A program made the translations under genes and the position numbers. From positions 1 to 64,000 of the IMG/VR virus record IMGVR_UViG_3300030330_005626: a DNA stretch of 64,000 nt; one strand, written 5' to 3'. Positions 36,124 to 46,270 of this stretch are shown here, piece by piece; the first letter of the stretch is position 1; the number at the start of each line of letters is the position of its first letter. Under the pieces are notes generated by a model, which was not told the DNA's origin, made no database searches, and saw only the letters and a program-made list of their open reading frames with translations. The stretch is from a virus. Taxonomy: Duplodnaviria > Caudoviricetes.

Positions 36124-36480
36124 CTAGTCAATATTTATTTTTATTGGTTTAGCAGATTCTTTTTTATTTATCTGAATATTTAAAATCCCATTTTCATATT
36201 TAGCGGAAATAGAGTCTTTATCGCAATCTTTTTTTATGAAATAAGTTCTTTTAGATTTACCGCTTTTGACAACTAAAAAATCTTCGTCTTTATTGTTTTG
36301 CTCGATTGAAACATCTATATCTTTTTTCTGTGTTCCAGCTAAATTAATTTTATAATTATAAGACTCCCTATCTTCAAAGCAGTCTTCTATACTGTGGTCA
36401 AGGTAGTGCACGTTTAATTGGTTGGTTATTTGATTTAACATGTCCACCATTGGGTCTCTAAGAAATATTGATTTGTACAT
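36124..36480 (-). CDS. Small heat-shock protein Hsp20
   Basis: I.LAG..K.DI.V, ISAKYENGIL.I. Confidence 0.85.
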   Translation of the reverse strand: MYKSIFLRDPMVDMLNQITNQLNVHYLDHSIEDCFEDRESYNYKINLAGTQKKDIDVSIEQNNKDEDFLVVKSGKSKRTYFIKKDCDKDSISAKYENGILNIQINKKESAKPIKINID

Positions 36481-36494
36481 AACACAATCAATAG

Positions 36495-36510
36495 AGCACC
36501 AAACATGCCA
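36495..36510 (-). promoter_or_regulatory. sigma54-like promoter TGGCAT-GTTTG-GTGCT upstream of hsp20
   Basis: GG(-24)/GC(-12) spacing, 14 nt before ATG 36480. Confidence 0.6.
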
Positions 36511-36757
36511 GATTTTTTATTGTTTTTTCTAAGTAAAATTAAATTCGAGTGAGCCAGCAGAGAATTTGTGTCTCACATTCAAACAGAACGTATGTCAAAA
36601 ATACTCGCCTTTACTAACTCTCCGTTCTTTATAGATTTAACCAAAACAGTTTCCTCGTCTATTACGGAGTTCACTATTCCAGTAAAAGGTCTTTCAGCGC
36701 TAAGAACCGTAACGGTTTTACCAATCATTTTTTTATTTGATTCTATCTTAGTATTCA

Positions 36758-37267
36758 TTAAACAATTTTTATTTGATTACCATTATTTAAAAAAATTAAA
36801 CCCTCAGTCGATAAAGCTTCTTTTATATTTTTAACAAAAATCCATTCGCTATCACACTGATTTACTAAGTCTTCATAACATAAATCGGCTTCTTTTAATA
36901 GCTGCTTTTTCGCAGAACAACAGACTCCGCCTAAAGACTCCTGAATTGTTGTGATTGTATTTATCCAAGTTTTTTCACCCTCTGATATTTGGATGTTATT
37001 TTCGTTTATAAAGTTGGCTAAACTAAAAGGACTGTCAAAAGAGTGGGGGCTGTTTTGAAGTTTAAAATCAGAACCAGTTAAAGAAACTATAAGATTGTAA
37101 AGCTCTTTATTGTTATCTAACTCTTCAATTAATTTTACATAAGCTAAACTTTCAATTTCTTTTGCCGAGTTGGCAAAATTTTCAGCAACTGGAAAATCAC
37201 TGAACATGCTTACATTAAGCGAGATTAAATTTTTAATTTGGTGTTTTTCTAACTCAAGCATTTTCAA
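36758..37267 (-). CDS. Hypothetical protein
   Basis: 169-aa ORF. Confidence 0.55.
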   Translation of the reverse strand: MKMLELEKHQIKNLISLNVSMFSDFPVAENFANSAKEIESLAYVKLIEELDNNKELYNLIVSLTGSDFKLQNSPHSFDSPFSLANFINENNIQISEGEKTWINTITTIQESLGGVCCSAKKQLLKEADLCYEDLVNQCDSEWIFVKNIKEALSTEGLIFLNNGNQIKIV

Positions 37268-37628
37268 GCTTATTCTTCATTATAGTTAATAAATAGTAAA
37301 CAGATAAGGATAACACAAACGTAAAAGGGAAATAGACAATTTCAAAAATAAATAAATTTAAAAATAAGTTCAGCCAAAACGAAAGACAAATTGAGCATGT
37401 TATTAACCTTACGGAAAAACAGTCATGACTTAAAGCAAGGTAAGCTGGGAGATTTATTTGTGAAAACTTATTTTGTTTTTTGTATTCTTCATACTTATAA
37501 GACCAAGTACCGCCTAAATTAAAATATCTAACGTATTCATAGAAAGCGTTCGTTTCTAACCAAATAAATAATACAGAAGCGCAACAAAAGCTTAAAAAAA
37601 GTACATCAACGAATTGTGAAAGGATCAT
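37254..37628 (-). CDS. Membrane protein with C-x-x-C...W (DUF1360-like)
   Basis: LITCSICLSFW, TM segments. Confidence 0.55.
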   Translation of the reverse strand: MILSQFVDVLFLSFCCASVLFIWLETNAFYEYVRYFNLGGTWSYKYEEYKKQNKFSQINLPAYLALSHDCFSVRLITCSICLSFWLNLFLNLFIFEIVYFPFTFVLSLSVYYLLTIMKNKLENA

Positions 37629-38103
37629 TGTCTGGAATTTCTACTTTCTTTTTTTCAGATAGCGAAGCCTGATCGTTGGGCTTTTCCTTTATTTGTATGA
37701 ATTCTATATTATTAAATTCAAATATGCCTTTAATTAAGTCTAGATCATTCTGCTCGTAATCGTCTTGATAAACCACTTTCTTAACACCATACGCCGATAT
37801 CATATTAGCGCAATAAGAGCAGGGGGCTAGGGTGACGGCTAGAATCTTGACTTGATTTTTTTTGCACAAAGACAGGCAATTCACCTCTGCATGAACCATC
37901 AGGGGTCTACGTTCATCCCTGCTAAAGTTCTCCCATTTAAGATCAACGCCAGAAGGTAACCCGTTGTAGCCTACGCCCACAACCATATTCTCATGATTGA
38001 GAGCGCAAGCTCCAACTTTAACAAAAGGGTCTTCGCTTCTCAAACTAGCGGCCTTAGCTAACTCAAGAGCGTACTCCTCCCAAGATGGCCTTTCCTCAAC
38101 CAC
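37606..38103 (-). CDS. dCMP deaminase
   Basis: RS.DP..KVGA, GYNG, HAE.N, PCSYC. Confidence 0.9.
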   Translation of the reverse strand: MVEERPSWEEYALELAKAASLRSEDPFVKVGACALNHENMVVGVGYNGLPSGVDLKWENFSRDERRPLMVHAEVNCLSLCKKNQVKILAVTLAPCSYCANMISAYGVKKVVYQDDYEQNDLDLIKGIFEFNNIEFIQIKEKPNDQASLSEKKKVEIPDNDPFTIR

Positions 38104-38329
38104 CTAGCGAGCTTTTCTTGTAAACATTTTGAGGTCTACCCATTCCGCCCTTTTGCCTAACGATGGTGATTTCCCCAGATTCAACGGCTTTGTTTATTCT
38201 AGCGTGCACTGACACTCTGGAGAGCTTACCTTGCATCACTGATGCAACTTCTTTAGCTGTGAATTCCGTATCGGGCCAATCCAAGGAAACTGGCTTTCTA
38301 CCTCTTTTAGTATTAGTATTTGTAGTCAT
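38096..38329 (-). CDS. Small winged-HTH/AT-hook DNA-binding protein
   Basis: KRGRKP, FTAKEV, GRP..VY. Confidence 0.6.
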   Translation of the reverse strand: MTTNTNTKRGRKPVSLDWPDTEFTAKEVASVMQGKLSRVSVHARINKAVESGEITIVRQKGGMGRPQNVYKKSSLGG

Positions 38330-38407
38330 CTGTCCCGAAGATATATACTTTTTTAAATGTAGTCAATATTTTTTGAAAAAAAATTTTTTAATGATAGTGT
38401 TTAATAT

Positions 38408-38815
38408 ATGACGATTTTAGAAGCATGTGTTAAAGCTTATAAGTGGTTTGAAAAAAATGATTATTTTGAGTTAGAAAGAGACTTCAAAAAAGTAGTTTTA
38501 ATTACCGAGTCCGAAGAAGAAGACAAAGCTTGCTTGCTGTGCGCGTTGAATAAACTCGTTGAACAGAAAGCTATTTCTAAAGGGTACATGCACGGCAAAG
38601 ATATATACATATTAAATAAACCTTTAGATTCATTGGAGCAAGACGTAACAATAGATGCAGAGACTGCCTTAAAGGTTTCTGAGGTTATAAACAAATTCTG
38701 CGATGAAATTAAAGATCACAAGGACGTGTCTGATCCAGACAAGATCACTAACAAAGATATTTTTAATTTATCATTAATTTTAGAGAGTTACCAAAACCAA
38801 AACTCTCTTGACTAA
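38408..38815 (+). CDS. Hypothetical protein (first plus-strand gene after strand switch)
   Basis: 135-aa ORF. Confidence 0.6.
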   Translation: MTILEACVKAYKWFEKNDYFELERDFKKVVLITESEEEDKACLLCALNKLVEQKAISKGYMHGKDIYILNKPLDSLEQDVTIDAETALKVSEVINKFCDEIKDHKDVSDPDKITNKDIFNLSLILESYQNQNSLD

Positions 38816-38839
38816 ATGTCAAAAAATAATACTATAGAG

Positions 38840-39240
38840 CAAAAGGTTTAAACCCTTTTAACCTCGCTGAGAGAAATCAGTAGAGTTTCCTGAGACAACC
38901 GAAGTAAAGTAGGGTGGTAGCTGGCTTGCTACCAAGTCAAAAGGTAGCCTCTCATTATATACATGAGACTTAAAGGACGCACGGTTAATTACCGTGGGAA
39001 TGCCCGCCGTATTGTGGTATATCAGACGTAATCGAAGTTTTTGAGTACAGTCCCTTCAGCCTTATTAAAGGTAGTCTGGTAGCGAAAATTATTTCGCCAG
39101 TATATTGTCGCAGAATGTCCCATCTGCATAAACAACACAGGGGCTATGGAAAAGCTTCATGGCGTTAAAGACTATATGCACAGTGCCCCCCTTACTGGGG
39201 GTACTTGTGTCTATAGTGCTTGGAAAAGCATTCAGCGTTA
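38840..39240 (+). ncRNA. Candidate ~400-nt hairpin-dense RNA (or origin region)
   Basis: TTGACT-N16-TACTAT upstream; stems TGGTAGC/GCTACCA, TCTCAT/ATGAGA, CACGGT/ACCGTG, GCGAAA/TTTCGC, GCAGA/TCTGC, AGTGCCCCC/GGGGGTACT. Confidence 0.45.
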
Positions 39241-39256
39241 GAATATATAAAAAATT

Positions 39257-39982
39257 ATGAATGAACAAAAAAATAAACCTACTTCACTTTTCGTGGCAAC
39301 TCCATGCTACGGCGGCATGGTCACGCAAGAGTATGCTTTGAGTATGATGGAGTTAACTCACGCCTGTTTATTTAATAATATTCAATTAAGCGTTAGATTA
39401 GTAGGTAACGAAAGCTTAATTACAAGAGGTAGGAATCATCTTGTTTCCGCGTTTATGGCTTCCGATTTTGAAAACTTTATGTTTATTGACGCGGACATAG
39501 AGTTTAATGCTGTGGATGTTATAAAAATGCTAAAATATGATGAGTTAGTTTTATCTGGGGCTTACCCATTAAAGACTGAGCCTATCAAGTATGTTGTAAA
39601 TGGAGTAGATGATAAAAAGCATGATAAATATGAAAACTTACTATCCGTAAGGGACACTGGTACTGGTTTTTTACTTTTCAGAAGAGAAGTCATAGAAAGA
39701 ATGAAAAAAGCCTACCCAGAACTCCATTATGAGACTGATCTAGATTGTGAGTCATACATGGGGATTCAGGATGAAAATTACAAAAATAAATTAAAGGAAA
39801 ATCTTTACAGTTTGTTTGACACAATGCACGACACAGAAGATAACAATAGGTACCTATCTGAAGATTTTACCTTTTGCAAAAGATGGAAAGACATAGGTGG
39901 TGAGATTTGGTTGGACACAGACATAAACTTGAGTCATGTTGGTAGAAAGAAATACGTAGGAGATTCAGATAAAATAAAATGA
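39257..39982 (+). CDS. Glycosyltransferase (GT-A fold)
   Basis: ATPCYGG, ESLITRGRN, FIDADI, GTGF, YLSEDFTFC. Confidence 0.75.
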   Translation: MNEQKNKPTSLFVATPCYGGMVTQEYALSMMELTHACLFNNIQLSVRLVGNESLITRGRNHLVSAFMASDFENFMFIDADIEFNAVDVIKMLKYDELVLSGAYPLKTEPIKYVVNGVDDKKHDKYENLLSVRDTGTGFLLFRREVIERMKKAYPELHYETDLDCESYMGIQDENYKNKLKENLYSLFDTMHDTEDNNRYLSEDFTFCKRWKDIGGEIWLDTDINLSHVGRKKYVGDSDKIK

Positions 39983-40599
39983 AGATAATCGGATTAGCTG
40001 GGGTAGCTGGAGCAGGTAAAGATTTGTTTTGTAAACTACTGTCAGAAGAGCTCGACTGCCAAAGGTTTTCATTAGGTGATGAACTTAAAGAGGAGATAAA
40101 GCCTCACTGCTTAAAGCACTTCAACATCGACCCCACTGTATGCTCTAGAGAGGATAAAAATTTTTTAAGGTCAATCCTTGTTTCCCACGCAGGAGCTAAA
40201 AGAAAAATATCAAAAGGAAGATACTGGATAGACAAAGTTGACCCAAAATTAAAGAATTATTTCTTTGAACGTAATGTAGGAAATCAAAACACAGAAAATC
40301 AAGTTTGCTGCGTTACTGATATAAGATACTGCGAATACGATCACGATGAAGTATCTTGGTTAAAAAATGAATTAAATGGTATTTTAGTTCATATATCTCA
40401 ATTTAAAATTATTAATTCACAGAGAGTTTTTAAAACTGGCGCAAATGAACATGAAATCAAGTACGACCCAATACTTAAAAGTTTATCTGACATTTCTTAC
40501 GAGTGCGAGTTCATTGAAGGAGATTTAGAGTCTGTAGAATTAAAGCTTAAAAATAGTGTGATAAAAGATTTTTTAAAACAATTAAAAAAACTACCTTGA
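39979..40599 (+). CDS. Deoxynucleoside monophosphate kinase-like
   Basis: GLAGVAGAGKD, YWI, TDIRY. Confidence 0.75.
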   Translation: MKIIGLAGVAGAGKDLFCKLLSEELDCQRFSLGDELKEEIKPHCLKHFNIDPTVCSREDKNFLRSILVSHAGAKRKISKGRYWIDKVDPKLKNYFFERNVGNQNTENQVCCVTDIRYCEYDHDEVSWLKNELNGILVHISQFKIINSQRVFKTGANEHEIKYDPILKSLSDISYECEFIEGDLESVELKLKNSVIKDFLKQLKKLP

Positions 40600-40633
40600 C
40601 ATATTTTAAAAAAATACATAACTTAGTCGAAGC

Positions 40634-40945
40634 ATGAGTGATTCAAATCAAACTAATAACGGTGGAGATTGGAAAAACAGAGAGATCGGAGCTCTTTGGT
40701 TAAAGAAGAGCGCCTCTGGCACAAAATATCTTTCTGGTCATATCGAGACTGGGGAAAACGACGACATCGATTCTGAGAAAACTAGAGTTATTGTTTTCGC
40801 TAATAAAGATAAGAAAAACGATAGAGCTCCAGACTACAGAATGTACCTATCGGAAACTCCCCAGAACTCTGGCAAGAGCAAAGAGTCTTCAGCTACTGAA
40901 ACTCAAGATGTCGTAGAAGAAGACGAAGAGCTTGATGTCCTATAA
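40634..40945 (+). CDS. DUF736-like putative ssDNA-binding protein with acidic tail
   Basis: IGALW...YLSG.I...N..K....PDYR; EEDEELDVL end. Confidence 0.6.
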   Translation: MSDSNQTNNGGDWKNREIGALWLKKSASGTKYLSGHIETGENDDIDSEKTRVIVFANKDKKNDRAPDYRMYLSETPQNSGKSKESSATETQDVVEEDEELDVL

Positions 40946-40954
40946 AAGATATTC

Positions 40955-42037
40955 ATGAGCTTCTCTTTTAATGCTCCATTAGGGGAAGTCTCTTTTGGGC
41001 AGGTGTCAACCCTGCTCCTAAGAGGCTTTTTTTCTCGTGATTTACACCCAAACGTATTTGTAATTGGGCAAAATCCTACTTTTTCATCACAAAAACAGGA
41101 TCAAGCTTTTTTTAGCTATGTAAATCAATGCATCGGGAAAGCTCACGAGTCTCACTCCAGAGATACTCCATGTTTAAAGCTTTGGCACCTTAATCAAGGG
41201 ATGGATTCCTTTTCTAAAACTCATTATCTTTTTACGTTTTATGAGTTAGATCAACCAACAAGCTACGAGATAAATGTTGCTAAAAATTGTGATAAATTAA
41301 TTTTTACAAATAATTATACTAAAGATGTATTTGATCAGTTTGGAGTAGAAAGCGAAGTTGTCCCTCTTGCTTTTGATAATTTTAATTTTAAAAAATTAAA
41401 TAAAAATTACTTCGATGACGATAGGATCGTTTTTAACCTCTGTGGTAAATTCGAGAAAAGGAAACACCACGAAAAAATTATCAGAGCTTGGAGTAAAAAA
41501 TTTGGCAATAACAAAAAATATTATCTACAGTGCTCGCTTTACAACCCGTTCTTAAACGAGCAATTAAATAAGCAGAACTTCGTAAGATCATTAGACGGTA
41601 AAAGTTATTTTAATATACAATTCCTTGGCCACATGCCAACTAATGAACTCTATAACGATTACTTAAATTCTGGAGACATCATTATAGGTATGTCTGGTGC
41701 GGAGGGTTGGGGCTTACCTGAGTTTCAGTCCACGGCTATCGGGAAGCACTCTGTAATCCTTGACGCGCATGGATATAAAGAATGGGCAAACGAGGAAAAC
41801 AGTACGCTCGTGCAGCCAAATGGAAAAATTGAGGCTTACGATGGTTTATTCTTTAAACCGAATCAACCTTATAATCAGGGTAATATATATGACTTTTCTG
41901 AGGACGATTTCATATCCGCTTGTGAAGAAGCGATAAAGAAAACTGAATCCAATAAGGTTAATGAAAGTGGTCTAAAAATACAAAAAGACTTCTCACTTGA
42001 TAATACTTTAGATAAACTTCTGTCCATTATAGGGTAA
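40955..42037 (+). CDS. Glycosyltransferase family 4 (GT-B)
   Basis: GKFEKRK, EGWGLPEF. Confidence 0.8.
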   Translation: MSFSFNAPLGEVSFGQVSTLLLRGFFSRDLHPNVFVIGQNPTFSSQKQDQAFFSYVNQCIGKAHESHSRDTPCLKLWHLNQGMDSFSKTHYLFTFYELDQPTSYEINVAKNCDKLIFTNNYTKDVFDQFGVESEVVPLAFDNFNFKKLNKNYFDDDRIVFNLCGKFEKRKHHEKIIRAWSKKFGNNKKYYLQCSLYNPFLNEQLNKQNFVRSLDGKSYFNIQFLGHMPTNELYNDYLNSGDIIIGMSGAEGWGLPEFQSTAIGKHSVILDAHGYKEWANEENSTLVQPNGKIEAYDGLFFKPNQPYNQGNIYDFSEDDFISACEEAIKKTESNKVNESGLKIQKDFSLDNTLDKLLSIIG

Positions 42038-42038
42038 A

Positions 42039-42422
42039 ATGCCGATATACATTTTCCAGAATCCGACTACTCAAGAGGTAATTGAAATCCAGCAGAGGGC
42101 GAAAGACGAGCATAAGTATACCGATGAAAACGGATTAGAATGGAACAGGGTTTTTACCGTCCCAAACGCAAGTGTCCCGAATATGACCAGAATAGACGCT
42201 GGGTCTGAGAAAGACTTTATAGCTAAGACTCAAGGCTCAGGGGGCACATATGGTGACCTTTTCGATTTGTCTAAAGAGTTAAGCGAAAAAAGAAAATCCC
42301 AAAGCACAGACGGAAAAGACCCAGTTGAGCAAAAATTCTTCAAAAATTACTCCAACAAAAGAAAAGGGTTAAAACATCAAAATGATAAACCCTCTAGCTC
42401 TGGCGGAACATTAGAAGTATGA
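42039..42422 (+). CDS. FmdB-like N-terminus hypothetical protein
   Basis: MPIY.F pattern without Cys. Confidence 0.55.
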   Translation: MPIYIFQNPTTQEVIEIQQRAKDEHKYTDENGLEWNRVFTVPNASVPNMTRIDAGSEKDFIAKTQGSGGTYGDLFDLSKELSEKRKSQSTDGKDPVEQKFFKNYSNKRKGLKHQNDKPSSSGGTLEV

Positions 42423-43684
42423 AATTTTCTATTTTCACGCCTTCTCATAATTTAAAAAGAATTGATCGCACTATAGAAAGCGTAGCGAATCAGTCGTTTA
42501 AAGATTTTGAATGGATAATCTGCCTTAATAACGACGCGCTAGATTCCGATTCAGAGTTAAAAACCAAATTAACGGATAAAGGTATTACCTATAAAATACT
42601 TAAATGGCATGGTGATACAGACAAAATAGGAGCCCTAAAAAAATTCTGCTGCGCTAAATCTCAGGGCGAATTATTATTAGAATTAGATCACGATGATGAA
42701 CTTTCTCCAGATTGTCTAGAGGAGGTTAACAAAGCTCACGAGCAGCATAAAGCTGATTTTTATTACTCAGATGATATAGATATCGTTGAGTCAAGCGGTG
42801 AATCTATAGCGCCTTACTCAGAAAAGTTTGGGTGGAAATACTATAAATGCGAACGTACTGGCATGACCGCAACCAGAGCTTTCAGCCCATCCCCTCTTAC
42901 GTTTAGTTACATATGGTACGCTCCAAATCACGTAAGAGTATGGTCTAAGTCTTTTTACGAATCTATAGGTGGTCACAATGAAGAAATGGATATTCTGGAT
43001 GACCACGAGCTTCTTTGCAGAACGTACATCGAAGGTAAAGTATTTCACATAGAAAAACCGTTATATATTTACTGGAGACACGAAGAGAATACTTGCTACG
43101 GTGAGAAAAATGCAAAAATACAAAACTTAACTGTTGAGCTTCATGATAAATTCATTCAAGACCTTTGCAAGAAATGGAGCGACATTAACAATCTTAAAAA
43201 ATTAGACCTCTGTTGCCATCAGTACAAAGCCGAAGGCTTTTCTGGGGTAGATGCTTACCCCTACCCAAATGTTGACGTAGTATGCGACCTAGATAAACCC
43301 GATTGGCCATTTGAAGATAATAGCGTTGGCGTTTTCAGAATGCAGGACGCGCTAGAGCATTTAAAAAACCCAATCCAAACAATGAAAGAGCTATATAGAT
43401 GTCTAGCTCCTAATGGGTGGGTTTTAATCAACGTGCCAAACACAGACGGTAGAGGAGCGTTTCAAGACCCCACTCACGTTTCATTTTGGAATAGTAACAG
43501 TTTCTGGTATTACACTAAGGCTCAACAAGCTCAGTTTATTAATACCCCAGTAAAATTCAAATTAGCAAGAATAGCAAATTACTATCCATCTGAATTTCAC
43601 GAAACTCACCTAATAGGGTACACTAAAGCTCACTTAATGAAGCTTGAGGACGGTGTTGTTCCCGCTGGTGGTAGGGAAATCTAA
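42419..43684 (+). CDS. GT2 glycosyltransferase fused to SAM methyltransferase
   Basis: ELDHDD; C-terminal DL...WPFEDNSV, LEH, L.PNG, DPTH. Confidence 0.8.
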   Translation: MKFSIFTPSHNLKRIDRTIESVANQSFKDFEWIICLNNDALDSDSELKTKLTDKGITYKILKWHGDTDKIGALKKFCCAKSQGELLLELDHDDELSPDCLEEVNKAHEQHKADFYYSDDIDIVESSGESIAPYSEKFGWKYYKCERTGMTATRAFSPSPLTFSYIWYAPNHVRVWSKSFYESIGGHNEEMDILDDHELLCRTYIEGKVFHIEKPLYIYWRHEENTCYGEKNAKIQNLTVELHDKFIQDLCKKWSDINNLKKLDLCCHQYKAEGFSGVDAYPYPNVDVVCDLDKPDWPFEDNSVGVFRMQDALEHLKNPIQTMKELYRCLAPNGWVLINVPNTDGRGAFQDPTHVSFWNSNSFWYYTKAQQAQFINTPVKFKLARIANYYPSEFHETHLIGYTKAHLMKLEDGVVPAGGREI

Positions 43685-43790
43685 CCATCTCTACACAATT
43701 TTTATTCGCAGAAAAAGTATTTTTCTTATTCTGTAAATTTTGCTTTCTTTAAGAGAAAAAAAATGTAAATATACTCGAACTATTTAATAA

Positions 43791-46232
43791 ATGAACTCCT
43801 CAGATTTACAAGTTAAGAAAAGAAACGGCAGACTCGAAAAGCTCGATATTTCCAAAATTAATAAATGCGCTGAAAGAGCTTGCGATAATTTAGACAGTGT
43901 TTCAGCTAGTGAAGTTGTTTTAGATGCTCATGTTCAACTTTACGATAAAATTACAACAAAAGAGATAGATAAAGCGCTAGTTATGTCCGCTAGGCAAAAA
44001 ATGGACAAAGAACCAAACTATTCGTATGTAGCAGCCAAACTACTACTTGGAAATATTCACAAAGAAGTTTTCGGTTCTAGCGTAGATAAGGATGTATTTG
44101 ATAACCAATACAGATTATCTTTTATTAAAAATATTAAATCTTTAATCAAAGAAAATATCCTTAATGAAAAGCTTTTAGATTTTGACCTAAAAAAGCTATC
44201 AGAATCATTACAGCTTGAAAGAGACTTCAAGTTTAAATACCTTGGGTTACAAATATTAAATGATAGATACTTCCATAAAGTTAACGGCAGAGTTATGGAG
44301 TCGCCTCAATCTTTCTGGATGAGAGTAGCGATGGGTCTCGCCATAAATGAAGAAGACAAAAACGAAAAAGCTATCGAGTTCTACAATGTCCTTTCAGAGT
44401 TTAGATTGTGCTGCTCGACACCGACATTATTTAACAGTGGTAGTAATCGCAGCCAGCTTTCTAGCTGTTATCTGAACACTTTCGACGATTCCATTGATGG
44501 AATTTTTGATGGAGCTTGGCAGGAAGCTAGAAAATCTAAATACGCTGGAGGCTTAGGGTTTGATGTTTCTAATTTTAGGTCTTCTGGTTCCCATATTAAG
44601 GGCACCAATGGAACATCTAGCGGATTAGTGCCTTGGCTTAAAATCTTCAACGACCTTTTGGTTGCCGTCAACCAAGGTGGGAAAAGACCAGGTGCTGGGT
44701 GCGCGTACTTGGAACCTTGGCATCTAGACATAGAAGAGTTCCTCGACCTTAAAAAGAACACTGGAGACGAACGCAGACGCTGCCATGATTTAAATACAGC
44801 TAACTGGTTGAATAACCTTTTTCTGGAGTATGTTAAAAGTGACAAAGATTGGTATCTTTTCTCCCCATCTGATGTTCGCGATCTACATGAATTGTATGGT
44901 GATAACTTCGATAAGAAGTATAAAAAATACTGTAAGCTCGCTGATAACGGTGAGTTAAAAAATTTTAAAATCGTAAAAGCAAAAGATTTGTGGAAAAGAA
45001 TGCTCAGAGTGCTTTTTGAAACTGGTCATCCTTGGATGACCTTCAAAGATAACTCAAACATGAGATACTCTAATTCACACGAAGGTGTGATTCACAGCTC
45101 AAACCTATGTACCGAAATTTTCTTACACACTAAACCCTCGTTATTTAAAGAAGGGGATAAGGTAGAGGTCGGAGAAACTGCGGTGTGCAACCTTAGCTCT
45201 GTGAATCTAAACCAGCATATCAAAGAAGATAACACTCTTGATTTTGAATTGCTTGCGGAAACTATAGCCATTCAAATGAGAATGCTCGATAATGTTATTG
45301 ACTTAAATTTTTACCCAACTCAAGAGGCCGAAAAATCAAACTTAAAGCACAGACCTATCGGGGCTGGCTCAATGGGTTGGCATGATGTTTTTCACGCTTA
45401 CAATATTAGCTACTCGTCAAAAGATGCTGTTAAGTTCTCAGATGAGCTTTATGAGTTTATTTCTTATCATTGCATCTTAAACTCAAGTAAAATCGCGAAA
45501 GAAAAAGGTGCTTACTCTACCTACGAGGGTTCGCTTTGGAGCAAAGGCGTTTTACCCATTGATACTTACAAGTCATTAATGGAATACCTTGATGAGAAAC
45601 CCATCTTACACAGAGGTAAAAAGTATTGTCCAGAAGTGAATTGGAACGCTGTGAGAGACCATATCTCTGAAAACGGAATGAGAAACAGCAATACTATGGC
45701 TATCGCTCCTACTGCAACCATCTCTTATATCCAAGGGTGTTCGCCGTCGATTGATCCAGATTTTTCGACTTTCTTTGTTTACGAAAATAAAAGCGGCAAC
45801 CTATTTATTACTAATGAATGGTTTGTTAACGAATGCAAAAAACTCGGTATATGGAACAAGCCTTTTATTGAGGCTCTTAAATCAGCAGATGGAGACGTTT
45901 CGCTATTAGATTCGTCAACTATCCCAGAGGAGCTAAAAGAAAACTACAAAACCGCATTTGATCAAGATCAATTCAATTTAGTTGATTGCGCTGCCGCTAG
46001 ACAAAAATGGATTGACATGGGTCAGTCACTTAATTTGTTTAATAATTCAACATCGTTAAAGCATTTGAACGATCTTTACTTTCATGCTAAAGATAGAGGT
46101 CTTAAAAGCACCTACTACCTTAGAAATAAAAGCGCAAGCAAAATAGAAAAAACAACCAAATCGAGCGCTCCTGAAGCGCAAGAGCAAAAAGCTTGCTCGA
46201 TCATTGACCCAACATGTGAAAGTTGTCAATAA
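43791..46232 (+). CDS. nrdA: Ribonucleotide reductase class I alpha with ATP cone
   Basis: VKKRNG cone, TPTLFN, LSSC, SNLCTEI, CNL, APT, YYLR, C-terminal CESCQ. Confidence 0.95.
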   Translation: MNSSDLQVKKRNGRLEKLDISKINKCAERACDNLDSVSASEVVLDAHVQLYDKITTKEIDKALVMSARQKMDKEPNYSYVAAKLLLGNIHKEVFGSSVDKDVFDNQYRLSFIKNIKSLIKENILNEKLLDFDLKKLSESLQLERDFKFKYLGLQILNDRYFHKVNGRVMESPQSFWMRVAMGLAINEEDKNEKAIEFYNVLSEFRLCCSTPTLFNSGSNRSQLSSCYLNTFDDSIDGIFDGAWQEARKSKYAGGLGFDVSNFRSSGSHIKGTNGTSSGLVPWLKIFNDLLVAVNQGGKRPGAGCAYLEPWHLDIEEFLDLKKNTGDERRRCHDLNTANWLNNLFLEYVKSDKDWYLFSPSDVRDLHELYGDNFDKKYKKYCKLADNGELKNFKIVKAKDLWKRMLRVLFETGHPWMTFKDNSNMRYSNSHEGVIHSSNLCTEIFLHTKPSLFKEGDKVEVGETAVCNLSSVNLNQHIKEDNTLDFELLAETIAIQMRMLDNVIDLNFYPTQEAEKSNLKHRPIGAGSMGWHDVFHAYNISYSSKDAVKFSDELYEFISYHCILNSSKIAKEKGAYSTYEGSLWSKGVLPIDTYKSLMEYLDEKPILHRGKKYCPEVNWNAVRDHISENGMRNSNTMAIAPTATISYIQGCSPSIDPDFSTFFVYENKSGNLFITNEWFVNECKKLGIWNKPFIEALKSADGDVSLLDSSTIPEELKENYKTAFDQDQFNLVDCAAARQKWIDMGQSLNLFNNSTSLKHLNDLYFHAKDRGLKSTYYLRNKSASKIEKTTKSSAPEAQEQKACSIIDPTCESCQ

Positions 46233-46270
46233 ATTGTATAAGTATTGTATAAATTAGTGTATAAAATATT

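Noticed and set aside
39160-39220. Group I intron P7 (GACTA...TAGT)
   Set aside because: The two segments close a simple local hairpin, the S element is not canonical, and there are no flanking exons
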